A stretch of DNA of 64,000 nucleotides from the NCBI GenBank assembly GCA_950097015.1, contig CATNEN010000039.1, forward strand, positions 20,708,001-20,772,000. The letters are read 5' to 3'. Under the pieces are notes generated by a model. That model was given only the letters and a program-made list of their open reading frames with translations. It was not told where the DNA came from and searched no databases. The position numbers and the translations under genes were made by a program. This document shows, piece after piece, positions 1 to 13,600 of the stretch. This DNA comes from Macrostomum hystrix. Taxonomy: Eukaryota; Animalia; Platyhelminthes. Within the stretch, counting starts at the first letter, position 1, and the number at the start of each line of letters is the position of its first letter.

Positions 1-1925
1 GCTGTGTCTAGTGATGGTTCTGTGTAGTGATGGCTCTGTCTAGTGATGGTTCTGTGTAGTGATGGCTTTGTCTAGTGATGGTTCTGTGTAGTGATGGCTT
101 TGTCTAGTGATGGTTCTGTGTAGTGATGGCTTTGTCTAGTGATGGTTCTGTCTAGTGATGGTTCTATCTAGTGATGATTCTGTCTAGTGATGGTTCTGTG
201 TAGTGATGGCTGTGTCTAGTGATGGTTCTGTGTAGTGATGGCTCTGTCTAGTGATGGTTCTGTGTAGTGATGGCTTTGTCTAGTGATGGTTCTGTGTAGT
301 GATGGCTTTGTCTAGTGATGGTTCTGTTTAGTGATGGCTATGTCTAGTGATGGTTCTGTGTAGTGATGGTTCTGTGTAGTGATGGCTATGTCTAGTGATG
401 GTTCTGTGTAGTGATGGCTTTGTCTAGTGATGGTTCTGTGTAGTGATGGCTTTGTCTAGTGATGGTTCTGTGTAGTGATGGCTTTGTCTAGTGATGGTTC
501 TGTTTAGTGATGGCTATGTCTAGTGATGGTTCTGTGTAGTGATGGCTATGTCTAGTGATGGTTCTGTTTAGTGATGGCTCTGTCTAGTGATGGTTATATG
601 TAGTGATGGCTCTGTCTAGTGATGGTTCTGCGTAGTGATGGCTTTGTCTAGTGATGGTTCTGTGTAGTGATGGCTTTGTCTAGTGATGGTTCTGTTTAGT
701 GATGGCTATGTCTAGTGATGGTTCTGTGTAGTGATGGTTCTGTGTAGTGATGGCTATGTCTAGTGATGGTTCTGTGTAGTGATGGCTTTGTCTAGTGATG
801 GTTCTGTGTAGTGATGGCTTTGTCTAGTGATGGTTCTGTGTAGTGATGGCTTTGTCTAGTGATGGTTCTGTTTAGTGATGGCTATGTCTAGTGATGGTTC
901 TGTGTAGTGATGGCTATGTCTAGTGATGGTTCTGTGTAGTGATGGCTCTGTCTAGTGATGGTTCTGTGTAGTGATGGTTCTGTGTAGTGATGGCTTTGTC
1001 TAGTGATGGTTCTGTTTAGTGATGGTTCTGTCTAGTGATGGTTCTGTGTAGTGATGGCTCTGTCTAGTGATGGTTCTGTGTAGTGATGGTTCTGTGTAGT
1101 GATGGCTTTGTCTAGTGATGGCTCTGTCTAGTGATGGCTCTGTCAAGTGACGGCTCTGTCAAGTGACGGCTCTGTCTAGTGACGGCTCTGTCTAGTGATG
1201 GTTCTGTCTATTGATAGTTCTGTGTAGTGATGGTTCTGTCTAGTGATGGTTCTGTCTAGTGATGGTTCTGTCTAGTGATGGTTCTATCTAGTGATGATTC
1301 TGTCTAGTGATGGTTCTGTGTAGTGATGGCTGTGTCTAGTGATGGTTCTGTGTAGTGATGGCTCTGTCTAGTGATGGTTCTGTGTAGTGATGGCTTTGTC
1401 TAGTGATGGTTCTGTGTAGTGATGGCTTTGTCTAGTGATGGTTCTGTTTAGTGATGGCTATGTCTAGTGATGGTTCTGTGTAGTGATGGCTCTGTCTAGT
1501 GATGGTTCTGTGTAGTGATGGTTCTGTGTAGTGATGGCTTTGTCTAGTGATGGTTCTGTTTAGTGATGGTTCTGTCTAGTGATGGTTCTGTGTAGTGATG
1601 GCTTTGTCTAGTGATGGCTCTGTCTAGTGATGGCTCTGTCAAGTGACGGCTCTGTCAAGTGACGGCTCTGTCTAGTGACGGCTCTGTCTAGTGATGGTTC
1701 TGTCTATTGATAGTTCTGTGTAGTGATGGTTCTGTCTAGTGATGGTTCTGTCTAGTGATGGTTCTGTCTAGTGATGGTTCTATCTAGTGATGATTCTGTC
1801 TAGTGATGGTTCTGTCTAGTGATGGTTCTGTCTAGTGATGGTTCTGTCTATTGATGGTTCTGTGTAGTGATGGTTCTGTCTAGTGATGGTTGTCTAGTGA
1901 CGGCTCTGTCTAGTGATGGTTCTGT
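1..1925. repeat. 15-bp minisatellite (TCTGTSTAGTGATGG-type), runs off window start
   Basis: About 125 tandem variants of tctgt[c/g]tagtgatgg[t/c], with larger block duplications. Confidence 0.97.
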
Positions 1926-2276
1926 TTCACTTGGTGGTTGTGACGTTTATTCGGTTCATGTGTTGCGTCTTATTAAATAAGGAACTGAAGTTTGTTTGTT
2001 TGGGCTTGCTTCCTCTCAGTTGTGAGCTAGTTATTTCATGCAGCATGTTTAGCACATTTGACGCTTGATTTTTCCCCACAAAATCCTCATCGGTCAGCGG
2101 CTTGCATGACTCTAGTCGTCGTTTATCGATTCTCTGGCGACCAAGTGAGCCACAGCCGGCAGAAAATCGGTCATTGGTCGGCCGCTAACCTATTGAAATG
2201 CCAGCACGACTGCTGGTACGAGTGTCGTACGAATGCCAAATGGGAAAACTAGATTTTTCTTGAATTGAATAATCAA

Positions 2277-3330
2277 CCGGTGTGAGAATGGGATTTCTAT
2301 AGCAGGTGTGAGAATGGGATTTCTATAACAGTTGTGAGAATGGGATTTCTATAGCAGGTGTGAGAATGGGATTTCTATAACAGTTGTGAGAATGGGATTT
2401 CTATAACAGGTGTGAGAATGGGATTTCTATAACAGTTGTGAGAATGGGATTTCTATAACAGTTGTGAGAATGGGATTTCTATAACAGTTGTGAGAATGGG
2501 ATTTCTATAACAGTTGTGAGAATGGGATTTCTATAACAGTTGTGAGAATGGGATTTCTATAGCAGGTGTGAGAATGGGATTTCTATAACAGTTGTGAGAA
2601 TGGGATTTCTATAACAGGTGTGAGAATGGGATTTCTATAACAGTTGTGAGAATGGGATTTCTATAAAAGGTGTGAGAATGGGATTTCTATAACAGTTGTG
2701 AGAATGGGATTTCTATAACAGTTGTGAGAATGGGATTTCTATAACAGTTGTGAGAATGGGATTTCTATAACAGTTGTGAGAATGGGATTTCTATAACAGT
2801 TGTGAGAATGGGATTTCTATAACAGTTGTGAGAATGGGATTTCTATAACAGTTGTGAGAATGGGATTTCTATAACAGTTGTGAGAATGGGATTTCTATAA
2901 CAGTTGTGAGAATGGGATTTCTATAACAGTTGTGAGAATGGGATTTCTATAACAGGTGTGAGAATGGGATTTCTATAACAGTTGTGACAATGGGATTTCT
3001 ATAACAGTTGTGAGAATGGGATTTCTATAACAGTTGTGAGAATGGGATTTCTATAGCAGGTGTGAGAATGGGATTCCTAACAGGTGGGAGAATGGGATTT
3101 CTATAACAGTTGTGAGAATGGGATTTCTATAACAGATGGGAGAATGGGATTCCTAACAGATGGGAGAATGGGAATTCTATAACAGGTGGGAGAATGGGAA
3201 TTCTATAACAGTTGTGAGAATGGGATTTCTATAACAGGTGGGAGAATGGAATTTCTATAACAGGTGGGAGAATGGGATTTCTATAACAGATGGGAGAATA
3301 GGATTTCTATAACAGGTGGGAGAATGGACG
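2277..3330. repeat. 23-bp minisatellite (GTGAGAATGGGATTTCTATAACA-type)
   Basis: About 45 tandem copies; same family as the array at 7262-8075. Confidence 0.97.
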
Positions 3331-3994
3331 AATGAACGAATAGGAATATGTACTCGTAGCTTTCTTAAGCAGATAGGAGAATGGAATACCTATTAAAACG
3401 GGAAAATAAGTTCCTATTTAATGGTCAATGATATTGGTTGCCATGGGATCAATATGAATGTAAATCGAACAAATTTCTCACTTCCGCATCATTGACGGCT
3501 ATTTTCAGTTGCTTGTTAAAGCGAAGTCGATTGGACGAAAACGATGATGTAGACCGCAGGAAAAAGCAGAAAACTAATTACTAAACATCTGATGCCATGC
3601 TTTTCTGTTTTCTTTTTCTTTCTGATTGAAGTCCAATCATTTTCAGGTATCCAATGCAGTTCAAAAACTCGATAATTTAATATGTTATTAACCCCAAATT
3701 TATTGCTTGAAATCTTAACATTTTTCCAGTTTAAAAAAATAAATTTAACTAAGTGTTTTAACAAGATTTTTTTACAAACAAAATACGACATTATATAAAA
3801 TTTAAATAAATATTCTGTCAGCTTGTTTTATTTTAAATTGAAACACCGAGGAGACATGATTTGCATAGGCACACGGGTAGCAAGCACTTGTAATACTGAG
3901 ATTAGATAGTCTGTGGTGGTTAGTAGTATAATGCGAACATGTATTGTAGGCTTACGAGTGCAGATTGATTGTTTTTTAGTAGATGTACGACCCA

Positions 3995-4304
3995 TGGAAA
4001 GAGGTTGTAGCCAAGTGGTTAGAGCGTCGGACTGACGACTTGAAGGTCGGGGGTTCGATTCCCGACTCCACTGGAACAATCTGTGTCCTTTAGCAAGACA
4101 GTTAGCTCTGCATTGCTTCAGTTCACCCAGCTGTTAAATGGGTACCAGCATCAGCTGGGATAATTGAAGGTGGGTGTGGCGTCCCCCCAGTCCATGGACT
4201 GAACAGCCGTACGCAGCCTTCAGATGCGCCGCGCAATAGCTGCGGCTGTGCTGTCGGCTGCACATCTGACCCAATTGGGGTAGGTGTAATCAATTATTAT
4301 TATT
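3995..4304 (+). mobile_element. tRNA-derived SINE family 1, full-length copy with CORE-like central domain
   Basis: Pol III A box (tagccaagtgg) and B box (ggttcgattcc) in a tRNA-like head; central gtgtcctttagcaagacagtt...cagttcacccagctgttaaatggg resembles the CORE-SINE domain; (ATT)n tail; two more copies in the window. Confidence 0.85.
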
Positions 4305-4324
4305 ACGACTCAACATTTTCAATT

Positions 4325-4495
4325 ATCCCATTCTCTACTCTCCCCTTTTCGATCGTCCCCTTTTCCATTATCCCTATCTATATTCTCTCTTTCCCATTCT
4401 CCGCTTCCCCCTTTCTCCCATTCTCCCTTCCACCATTCTCCCCTTCATCATTCTCCCCATTCTGCCCATCCCCATATTCTTCCCATTCTCTACTA
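4325..4495. repeat. Degenerate CCCATTCTC pyrimidine-rich repeat
   Basis: Repeated cccattctc motif just downstream of the LRR gene stop codon. Confidence 0.7.
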
Positions 4496-4570
4496 CCCGT
4501 TACAGAGGACTCCTTCTGTATTAGAGGAAAATAATAATAAAACAACAAACAAAGCATAGATCGCGCATTA

Positions 4571-4636
4571 TCAGGTTCTCTTTGACTGAGGCTTGCCCAG
4601 CGACTTGCTTGTTGGAATCCACTTATTTTCCTTTCT

Positions 4637-4670
<34 letters not shown>

Positions 4671-7600
4671 GGTTTGATGCTGCCAGCGGAAGCCACCAAA
4701 GTTGGTCGCCTCGCCGGAGCGGCAGCAGCGGCCGTGTCATCATCCGGTGCAAATCTGAACGACTTCCGTCTAGCAACTGAAGTCCCTGGCCTTCTTCTCG
4801 GCAGTTCTGGCTGCTTTTGCGGTTTCTGCTGCTGCTGCTTCTGCTGAAGAGGGTAGTTTCCGCCCGACCAGATGTTTGGCAGCACCTTGCCAGCCAGGCC
4901 AGCCACGGCTGTTGACGGTCGCCTCAATGCGCCCACTCCAGAGCGCTGACGCAGCACTGACATCGGCGGCGGAACTGAAGTCCCGGCTTCGCCTTCGGAC
5001 TCAGATGAGCACGAGTGCTGCTCCTCGGTGAAGCCTGCTCGGTTGAAAATGCAGTTTCGCTATTGGGTCATTGTGTGAGCTGCCAGTCACTCAGTGTGAG
5101 CTGCCAGTCACTCAGTGTGAGCTGCCAGTCACTCAGTGTGAGCTGCCAGTCACTCAGTGTGAGCTGCCAGTCACTCAGTGTGAGCTGCCAGTCACTCGTG
5201 TGAGCTGCCAGTCACTCAGTGTGAGCTGCCAGTCACTCAGTGTGAGCTGCCAGTCACTCAGTGTGAGCTGCCAGTCACTCAGTGTGAGCTGCCAGTCACT
5301 CAGTGTGAGCTGCCAGTCACTCGTGTGAGCTGCCAGTCACTCAGTGTGAGCTGCCAGTCACTCAGTGTGAGCTGCCAGTCACTCATGTGAGATGGATTTC
5401 ACTCACTCACTCACTCACTCACTCACTCACTCACTCACTCACTCACTCACTCACTCACTCACTCACTCACTCACTCACTCACTCACTCACTCACTCACTC
5501 ACTCACTCACTCACTCACTCACTCACTCACTCACTCACTCACTCACTCACTCACTCACTCACTCACTCACTCACTCACTCACTCACTCACTCACTCACTC
5601 ACTCACTCACTCACTCACTCACTCACTCACTCACTCACTCACTCACTCACTCACTCACTCACAGAAGAAGAAAATGCCACAATAGTTATAGAAGTATTGT
5701 TATTAAAAAAACTGGTCGCACTCGACTCTCACTACTTGAAGCGGCCGCCAGCGTTTGCAACCGCGTGATGGCTCTGGCCGCAATTTCGGCGTCGCGAACC
5801 CTGACGGTGGCTCGGCGTTGACGCACCCGATGGATGGCTCGCCGTTTGACATCCCGGAACTCTTTGTTGATGTTGAGAATCTCGGCTAAGTCGATTTCGC
5901 CGTCGCCATCTTTGTCGAGCGTCTCGATCAGCTGATCGATCTGGTCCTCAGTCAGGGGAACTTCGAAGTCGCGCAGGCCCAGCACGAATTCGTCACGACT
6001 GATGGCATTGCTCTGGTCTTTGTCCAGGTTCTAGGATAACGAATGGCGAAATCAGCATCATTCTGTTTTAGTGTCAGCGGTCATCCTCATTATGAGCAGT
6101 CATCCTGATAATGAGCAGTCATCCTCATTATGAGCAGTCATCCTCATTATGAGCAGTAATCCTCATTATGAGCAGTCATCCTCATTATGAGCAGTAATCC
6201 TCATTATGAGCAGTCATCCTCATTATGAGCAGTAATCCTCATTATGAGCAGTCATCCTCATTATGAGCAGTCATCCTGATTATGAGCAGTAATCCTTATT
6301 ATAAGCAGTCATTCATTATGAGCAGTCATTCGTTATGAGCAGTCATTCATTATGAGCAGTCATTCGTTATGAGCAGTCATTCATTATGAGCAGTCATTCA
6401 TTATGAGCAGTCATTCATTATGAGCAGTCATTCATTATGAGCAGTCATTCGTTATGAGCAGTCATTCATTATGAGCAGTCATTCGTTATGAGCAGTCATT
6501 CATTATGAGCAGACATTCATTATGAGCAGTAATTCATTATGAGCAGTCATACATTATGAGCAGTCATTCTCATTATGAGCAGTCATAAATTATGAGCAGT
6601 CATTTATTATGAGCAGTCATTCATTTTGAGCAGTCATCCTTACGATGAGCAGTTATCCTTACGATGAGCAGTCATCCTTACGATGAGCAGTTATCCTCAT
6701 CATGAGCAGTCATCCTCATTATGAGCAGTCATCCTCATTATGAGCAGTCATCCTCATTATTAGCAGTCACGCGCATTGTGAGCAGTCATCGATCCTCATT
6801 ATAAGAAGTTATCCTTCTTATTAGCAGCCACGCTCATTATGAGCGTTCATTTTCATTATTTGCACTCATCCTCATTATGAACAGTCATACACTATGAGCT
6901 GCAATACACATGATGATCAGTCATCAGAATAGTTTCTTCAACAGTCAGTTTTGTGGCTGATTGAACTAATTAAACAGTTCTGATAAGTCCAAATGTTCAG
7001 TGAGTCTATATAAAATGAAATGGTTCAGCCAACCTTGAAGAGATCAATGAGTCTGAGGTTCTTCTCCTGCATGAACATGAGCAGCACCTCCAGCGGATTC
7101 TCCGTGCCCAATTCGTCGCGCACGCGTTCCACCGTGCCATCGCGCCTGATGACAGTCCTTACACGGATGCGAAACTTTGGATTCTTGGACCGCACCGACT
7201 TGTACAGCAACATGAGCTCCTGAGTCACCGTAATATCCTGCAAGATGCCATAGCATTGTATGGTGGGAGAATGGGATTTCTGTAACAGGTGGGAGAATGG
7301 GATTCCTAACAGATGGGAGAATGGGATTCCTAACAGATGGGAGAATGGGATTCCTATAACAGATGGGAGAATGGGATTCCTATAACAGGTGGGAAAATGG
7401 GATTCCTAACATATGGGAGAATGGGATTTCTATAACAGGTGGGAGAATGGGATTCCTAACAGATGGGAGAATGGGATTTCTATAACAGATGGGAGAATGG
7501 GATTCCTATAACAGGTGGGAAAATGGGATTCCTAACATATGGGAGAATGGGATTTCTATAACAGGTGGGAGAATGGGATTCCTAACAGATGGGAGAATGG

Positions 7601-10600
7601 GATTTCTATAACAGATGGGAGAATGGGATTCCTAACAGATGGGAGAATGGGATTCCTATAACAGATGGGAGAATGGGATTCCTATAACAGGTGGGAGAAT
7701 GGGATTCCTAACATATGGGAGAATGGGATTTCTATAACAGGTGGGAGAATGGGATTCCTATAACAGGTGGGAGAATGGGATTCCTAACAGGTGGGAGAAT
7801 GGGATTCCTATAACAGATGGGAGAATGGGATTCCTATAGCAGATGGGAGAATGGGATTCGTAACAGGTGGGAGAATGGGATTCCTAACAGATGGGAGAAT
7901 GGGATTCCTATAAGAGAGGGGAGAATGGGATTCCTAACAGGTGGGAGAATGGGATTCCAAACAAGTGGGAGAATGGGATTTCAATAACAAGTGGGAGATT
8001 GGGATTCCTAAAACAGATGGGAGAATAAGTTTTTAATAACTGGTGAGAGAATGGGATTTCTATAACAGGTGGGAGATTGTGGGATTGTGGACCAGCCTTG
8101 CCTCAATGTCGAGCATTTCTAGTGCAATTTGCTCCTCGCCGTTTAACACCTTCAAGATCTCCATGACGCCATCGTTGAGCAGTGGGTTGGTTTTCAGCTG
8201 CAATCAATTAACGAAAAGTCTGCGTCACACGCGAAATTGCTAGGCCAAGCTTTTACTCAGATAGTCGCACATATATTGATGACTTCAACAGTTCAAAGTG
8301 ACTTCTCGAGCTACAAAATTTTAAGCCTCAAAATCCCAAACCACAAAATCCCAAACCACAAAATCCCAATCCACGAAATCCCAAACCACAAAATCCCAAA
8401 CCATAAAATCCCAATCCACGAAATCCCAAACCATAAAATCCTAAACCACGAAATCCCAAACCACAAAATCCCAAACCACAAACTCACAAACCACAAATAA
8501 CCAAACCACAAAATCCCAAACCACAAAATCCTAAACCCCAGAATCGCAAACCACAAAGCCCTAAACCACAAATTCCAAATTACAAAATTCCAAACCACAA
8601 AATCCCAAACCACAAAATCCCAAACCACAAAACCCCAAACCACAAAATCCTAAACCCCAGAATCGCAAACCACAAAGCCCTAAACCACAAATTCCAAATT
8701 ACAAAATTCCAAACCACAAATTCCAAACCACAAAATTCCAAACCACAAAATTCCAAACCACAAAATCCCAAACCACAAAATCCCAAACCACAAAATCCCA
8801 AACCACAAAACCCCAAACCACAAAATCCTAAACCCCAGAATCGCAAACCACAAAGCCCTAAACCACAAATTCCAAATTACAAAATTCCAAACCACAAATT
8901 CCAAACCACAAAATTCCAAACCACAAAATTCCAAACCACAAAATCCCAAACCACAAAATCCCAAACCACAAAACCCCAAATCACGAAATCCTAAACCACG
9001 AAATCCCAAACCACGAAATCCAAAACCCAAAAAATCCCTAATCTCATTCCAAACTTATCCAGAAGCCTAAAAATCCTAAACCCCAGAAACCAACGCTCCA
9101 GAATTCTAAAATCCAAACAAAAATTCCCCACAAGGATCTAAAAACATTTACCACAAACAGGCGACACTTAAAATCCCAAATCCCTATTCCCTAATCGAAA
9201 TCCCAGGACCCTCACCCGCAGCACCCTGAGCTTTCTATTCTTCTTGAACATCCGGGCAAATGGCCCGGCTGCCTGTCGCCAGATTCGATTCCCGCTGAGG
9301 TCCAACAGGCGGAGGGTTCGATTCTCCAGCAGCGATGCGGCCACTTCAAGAGCTCCCTCATTGCTGAATCCGTTGAACTGCAGGTGCAACTCTCGGAGCG
9401 ACTTGTTTACCTGCATTGATTGATAATTCAACGAGTTTTTTTGCCCAATAGACTTAACGATAATTACTAAGGTAGTTGACTGCTTTTTTTTAATCTCACC
9501 CGAAGTGCCTTGCCGAGCTCAACAGCTCCACGAGCTCTGACGCAATTCCAACTCAGGTCGAGATTGCATAGAGAATCGTTGACGCCTGGAATCGGTTTGA
9601 GAAATTGGTCGATTGATCATAACCTGATTACTTTGGAACCTAAAAATGAACTAAAGCTAAATTGTCGAATGCAAAACTGTCGAATGCAAAACTGTCGAAT
9701 GTAAAACTAAACTGTCTAATGCAAAACTGTCGAATGCAAAACTGTCGAATGTAAAACTAAACTGTCTAATGCAAAACTGTCGAATGTAAAATTAAACTGT
9801 CTAATGCAAAACTGTCGAATGTAAAACTAAACTGTCTAATGCAAAACTGTCGAATGCAAAACTGTCGAATGTAAAACTAAACTGTCGAATGCAAAACTGT
9901 CGAATGTAAAACTAAACTGTCTAATGCAAAACTGTCGAATGTAAAACTAAACTGTCTAATGCAAAACTGTCGAATGCAAAACTGTCGAATGTAAAACTAA
10001 ACTGTCTAATGCAAAACTGTCGAATGCAAAACTGTCGAATGTAAAACTAAACTGTCTAATGCAAAACTGTCGAATGTAAAACTAAACTGTCTAATGCAAA
10101 ACTGTCTAATGCAAAACTGTCGAATGTAAAATTAAACTGTCTAATGCAAAACTGTCGAATGTAAAACTAAACTGTCGAATGTAGAACTAAACTGTCGAAT
10201 GCAAAACTGTAGAATGTAAAACTAAACTGTCTAATGCAAAACTGTCTAATGCAAAACTGTCGAATGTAAAATTAAACTGTCTAATGCAAAACTGTCGAAT
10301 GTAAAACTAAACTGTCGAATGTAGAACTAAACTGTCGAATGCAAAACTGTCGAATGTAAAACTAAACTGTCTAATGCAAAACTGTCGAATGTAAAACTAA
10401 ACTGTCTAATGCAAAACTGTCTAATGCAAAACTGTCGAATGTAAAATTAAACTGTCTAATGCAAAACTGTCGAATGTAAAACTAAACTGTCGAATGTAGA
10501 ACTAAACTGTCGAATGCAAAACTGTAGAATGTAAAACTAAACTGTCGAATGTAAAACTAAACTGTCTAATGCAAAACTGTCGAATGTAAAACTGTCGAAT

Positions 10601-13600
10601 GTAAAACTAAATTTTCGAATGTAAAACTAAACTTTCAGTCCGACTCACAGATCGCCTCGGCCAGGGCCTTCGCCCCGACGCTGCCGAGCTGGTTGTGAGC
10701 CAGGTTCAGCTGGCCCAGACGGTCGTTGGCCAGCAGGATCTCCTTCCAATCCTGTCCCGTCTGTTCGTCGAATTCGTTGCCGGAAGCGTCGAGCGTGGAG
10801 ATCGAACTGTTGCGCAGCAGGGCGCGCTTCAGCTGAGCCATGCCGGCACGACCCAGGGCGTTGCCGCTGATGTTCTGTGATGGTTCCACTACCTGCGTTA
10901 GCTACCCCACTACCTGCGTTAGCTACCCCACTACCTGCGTTAGCTACCCCACTACCTGCGTTAGCTACCCCACTACCTGCGTTAGCTACCCCACTACCTG
11001 CGTTAGCTACCCCACTACCTGCGTTAGCTACCCCACTACCTGCGTTAGCTACCCCACTACCTGCGTTAGCTACCCCACTACCTGCGTTAGCTACCCCACT
11101 ACGGTCTGTGTTAGCTACCCCACTACCTGCGTTAGCTACCCCACTACGGTCTGTGTTAGCTACCCCAATACCTGTGTTACCTACCCCACCAACTCTCTTA
11201 CCTACCCCACCAGCTGTTTTAGCTACCCAACCAGCTGTCTTGACTACCCCACCAGCTGTCTTACCTACCCCACCAGCTGTCTTACCTACCCCACTAGCTG
11301 TCTTACCTACCCCACCAGCTGTCTTACCTACCCCACTAGCTGTCTTACCTACCCCACCAGCTGTCTTGACTACCCCACCAACTGTCTTAGCTACCCCACG
11401 TCCCCCCAGCTGTCCTACCTACCCCACCCGTTCCTCACCACTTTGCTGAGGTGCACGCTGTCCTTTAGCAGGCAGTTGAAAAAGTCGAAGCCCTCTGGCC
11501 CCAGGCGATTGTCCCGCAGGTTGAGGTCGGCGACATCTGGCGACAGTTCCAGCGCGTATGAAATGGCGTCGGCCTCCTTGGCTGACAGGCATCGATGTGC
11601 CAGGCGGAGCTTCCTGTCGGCTGGGCGCCTGACGTAGCGCCCGACGGGGAAAGCGCCGACCTCGGCGCAGCGTTTTAAGTAGACAATGCGCCTCAATCTG
11701 ACAATGTCCGGCCGAGGCTTGCGCTGCGAATCTGGCGAATGCCGACGAATTGAAAATTATAATTCTAGAATTCGTGATTTGGGATTCTGGATTTGTGATT
11801 CGGGATTTGGGATTCGGGATTTGTGATTCGGGATTTGTGATTTGTGATTCGTGATTTGTGATTCGAGATTCGTGATTCAGGATTCGGGATTCAGGATTCA
11901 GGATTCGGGATTCGAGATTCGCAATTCGGGATTCGTGATTCGTGATTTTTGATTCAGGATTTGTGATTCGGGATTCAGGATTCGTGATTCTGGATTCGGG
12001 ATCCGTGATTCGAGATTCGGGATTCGTAATTCGGGATTCGTAATTCGGGATTTGTGATTCGGGATTCGTGATTCGTGATTTGTGATTCGGGACTCGTGAT
12101 TCAGGATTCGGGATTCGTGATTCAGGATTCGGGATTCGTGATTCAGGATTCGTGATTCGGGATTCGTGATTCGGGAATGCGTGATTTGGGATTCGGGATT
12201 CGTGATTCAGGGATTCGGAATTTGGGATTCGGGATTCGTGATTCGGGATTCGGAATTCGGGATTCGTGATTAATAATAATAATGATAATTATAGGAGGGC
12301 TGTGGGCAATCATCATTTGGTGACACTAGACCCGCAGCCAGCGAGGAGTCAATTCTGCCCATTTCGCACACGAACACAGGTGTGTTAATCTGCCCTGACT
12401 TTCTCATCGTCAGGCAGTGTACACCCTCATTGTGCCTTGGAGGTTGGCCCTCAAGGGCGTAAATTACACGACAAGACCCAAGCCCCAAGCCCCGACGCGG
12501 AATCGAACTCAGGGACCTTGGTGCGAGAGGCGAACGCGTTAGCCCGCTCTGCCACTCACGCCACCACCGTGATTCGGGATTATTAATTCGAGATTTCATA
12601 GTTTAGTGCTCGATATTCTGGATTTTAGTTTCAGGATTCGCTATCGGAAGTTCCATCTTTGAGTCTTGAGAAGACTCCATCTAAAAGTCACTTCTGGATC
12701 GCATCATGAGTTCTTGTCCATCGCGGCTAACCCACCCTCAAGGTCCGTGTCGTAAGCTTCATCATCCAGCAGTTTCATCAGCAGGTCGTCCTCCTCCTCT
12801 GTCGCTGTGTCCACCGTGGACAGGCGGCTCAGGATTTCGATTGCCTCCTTTTCTGGCTGCTCTGCCGTGACAACCTGAATGGGAAGGAGTCACTAGATGG
12901 TAACCATGGCAACGCATGGCTACAAAGCCACTGATTCTTAAACTGCATCGCACTTTCAAAGATCGCATTCTAAGAAACAATTCTAAATCCAAATTTTCAA
13001 GATCCGATTTTAAGAAACCATTCTACATCCCACTTTCTAAGATCCTATTCTAAGAAACCTTCTACATCCTAATTTGAAAGAACCTATTCTAAGAAACCCT
13101 TCTACAACACAACTCTTCAAGATACGATTCTAAGAAACCCTTCTACATCTCACTTTCAAAGATCCCATTCTAAGAAACCATTGTACATCTCACTTTCCAA
13201 GATCAAATTCTTAGAAACCAGACTACATCCCACTTTCAAAAATACGATTCTTAGAAACCCTTCTACATCCCACTTTTCAAGATGCGATTCTAAGAAACCC
13301 TTTTACATCCCACTTTTCAAGATGCGATTCTAAGAAACCCTTTTACATCTCACTTTTCAAGATGCGATTCTAAGAAACCCTTTTACATCCCACTTTTTAA
13401 GATCCGATTCTAAGAAGCCCTTTTACATCCCACTTTTTAAGATCCGATTTTAAGAAGCCCTTTTTACATCCCACATTTAAGATCCGATTCTAAGAAACCC
13501 TTTTACATCACACTTTTTAAGATCCGATTCTAAGAAACCCTTTTACATCCCACTTTTCAGATCCGATTCTAAGAAACCATTTTACATCCCACTTTTCAAG

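Noticed and set aside
2058-2252. GC-richer island with a short ORF between two arrays
   Set aside because: No convincing frame or partner exons; it may be non-coding.
4001-4075. Apparent tRNA-Val(GAC) gene
   Set aside because: Poor acceptor stem, runs into a SINE body and tail, and sister copies have different anticodons.
10840-11637. 265-aa TTCVSYP-repeat ORF
   Set aside because: Antisense to LRR exons and made of the 21-bp intronic array.
12340-12420. Possible hammerhead ribozyme in SINE family 2 (CTGACGA…GAAA on the minus strand)
   Set aside because: CTGAC pairs with the adjacent GTCAG as a simple hairpin, and I could not build stems I-III. An Infernal search would settle it.
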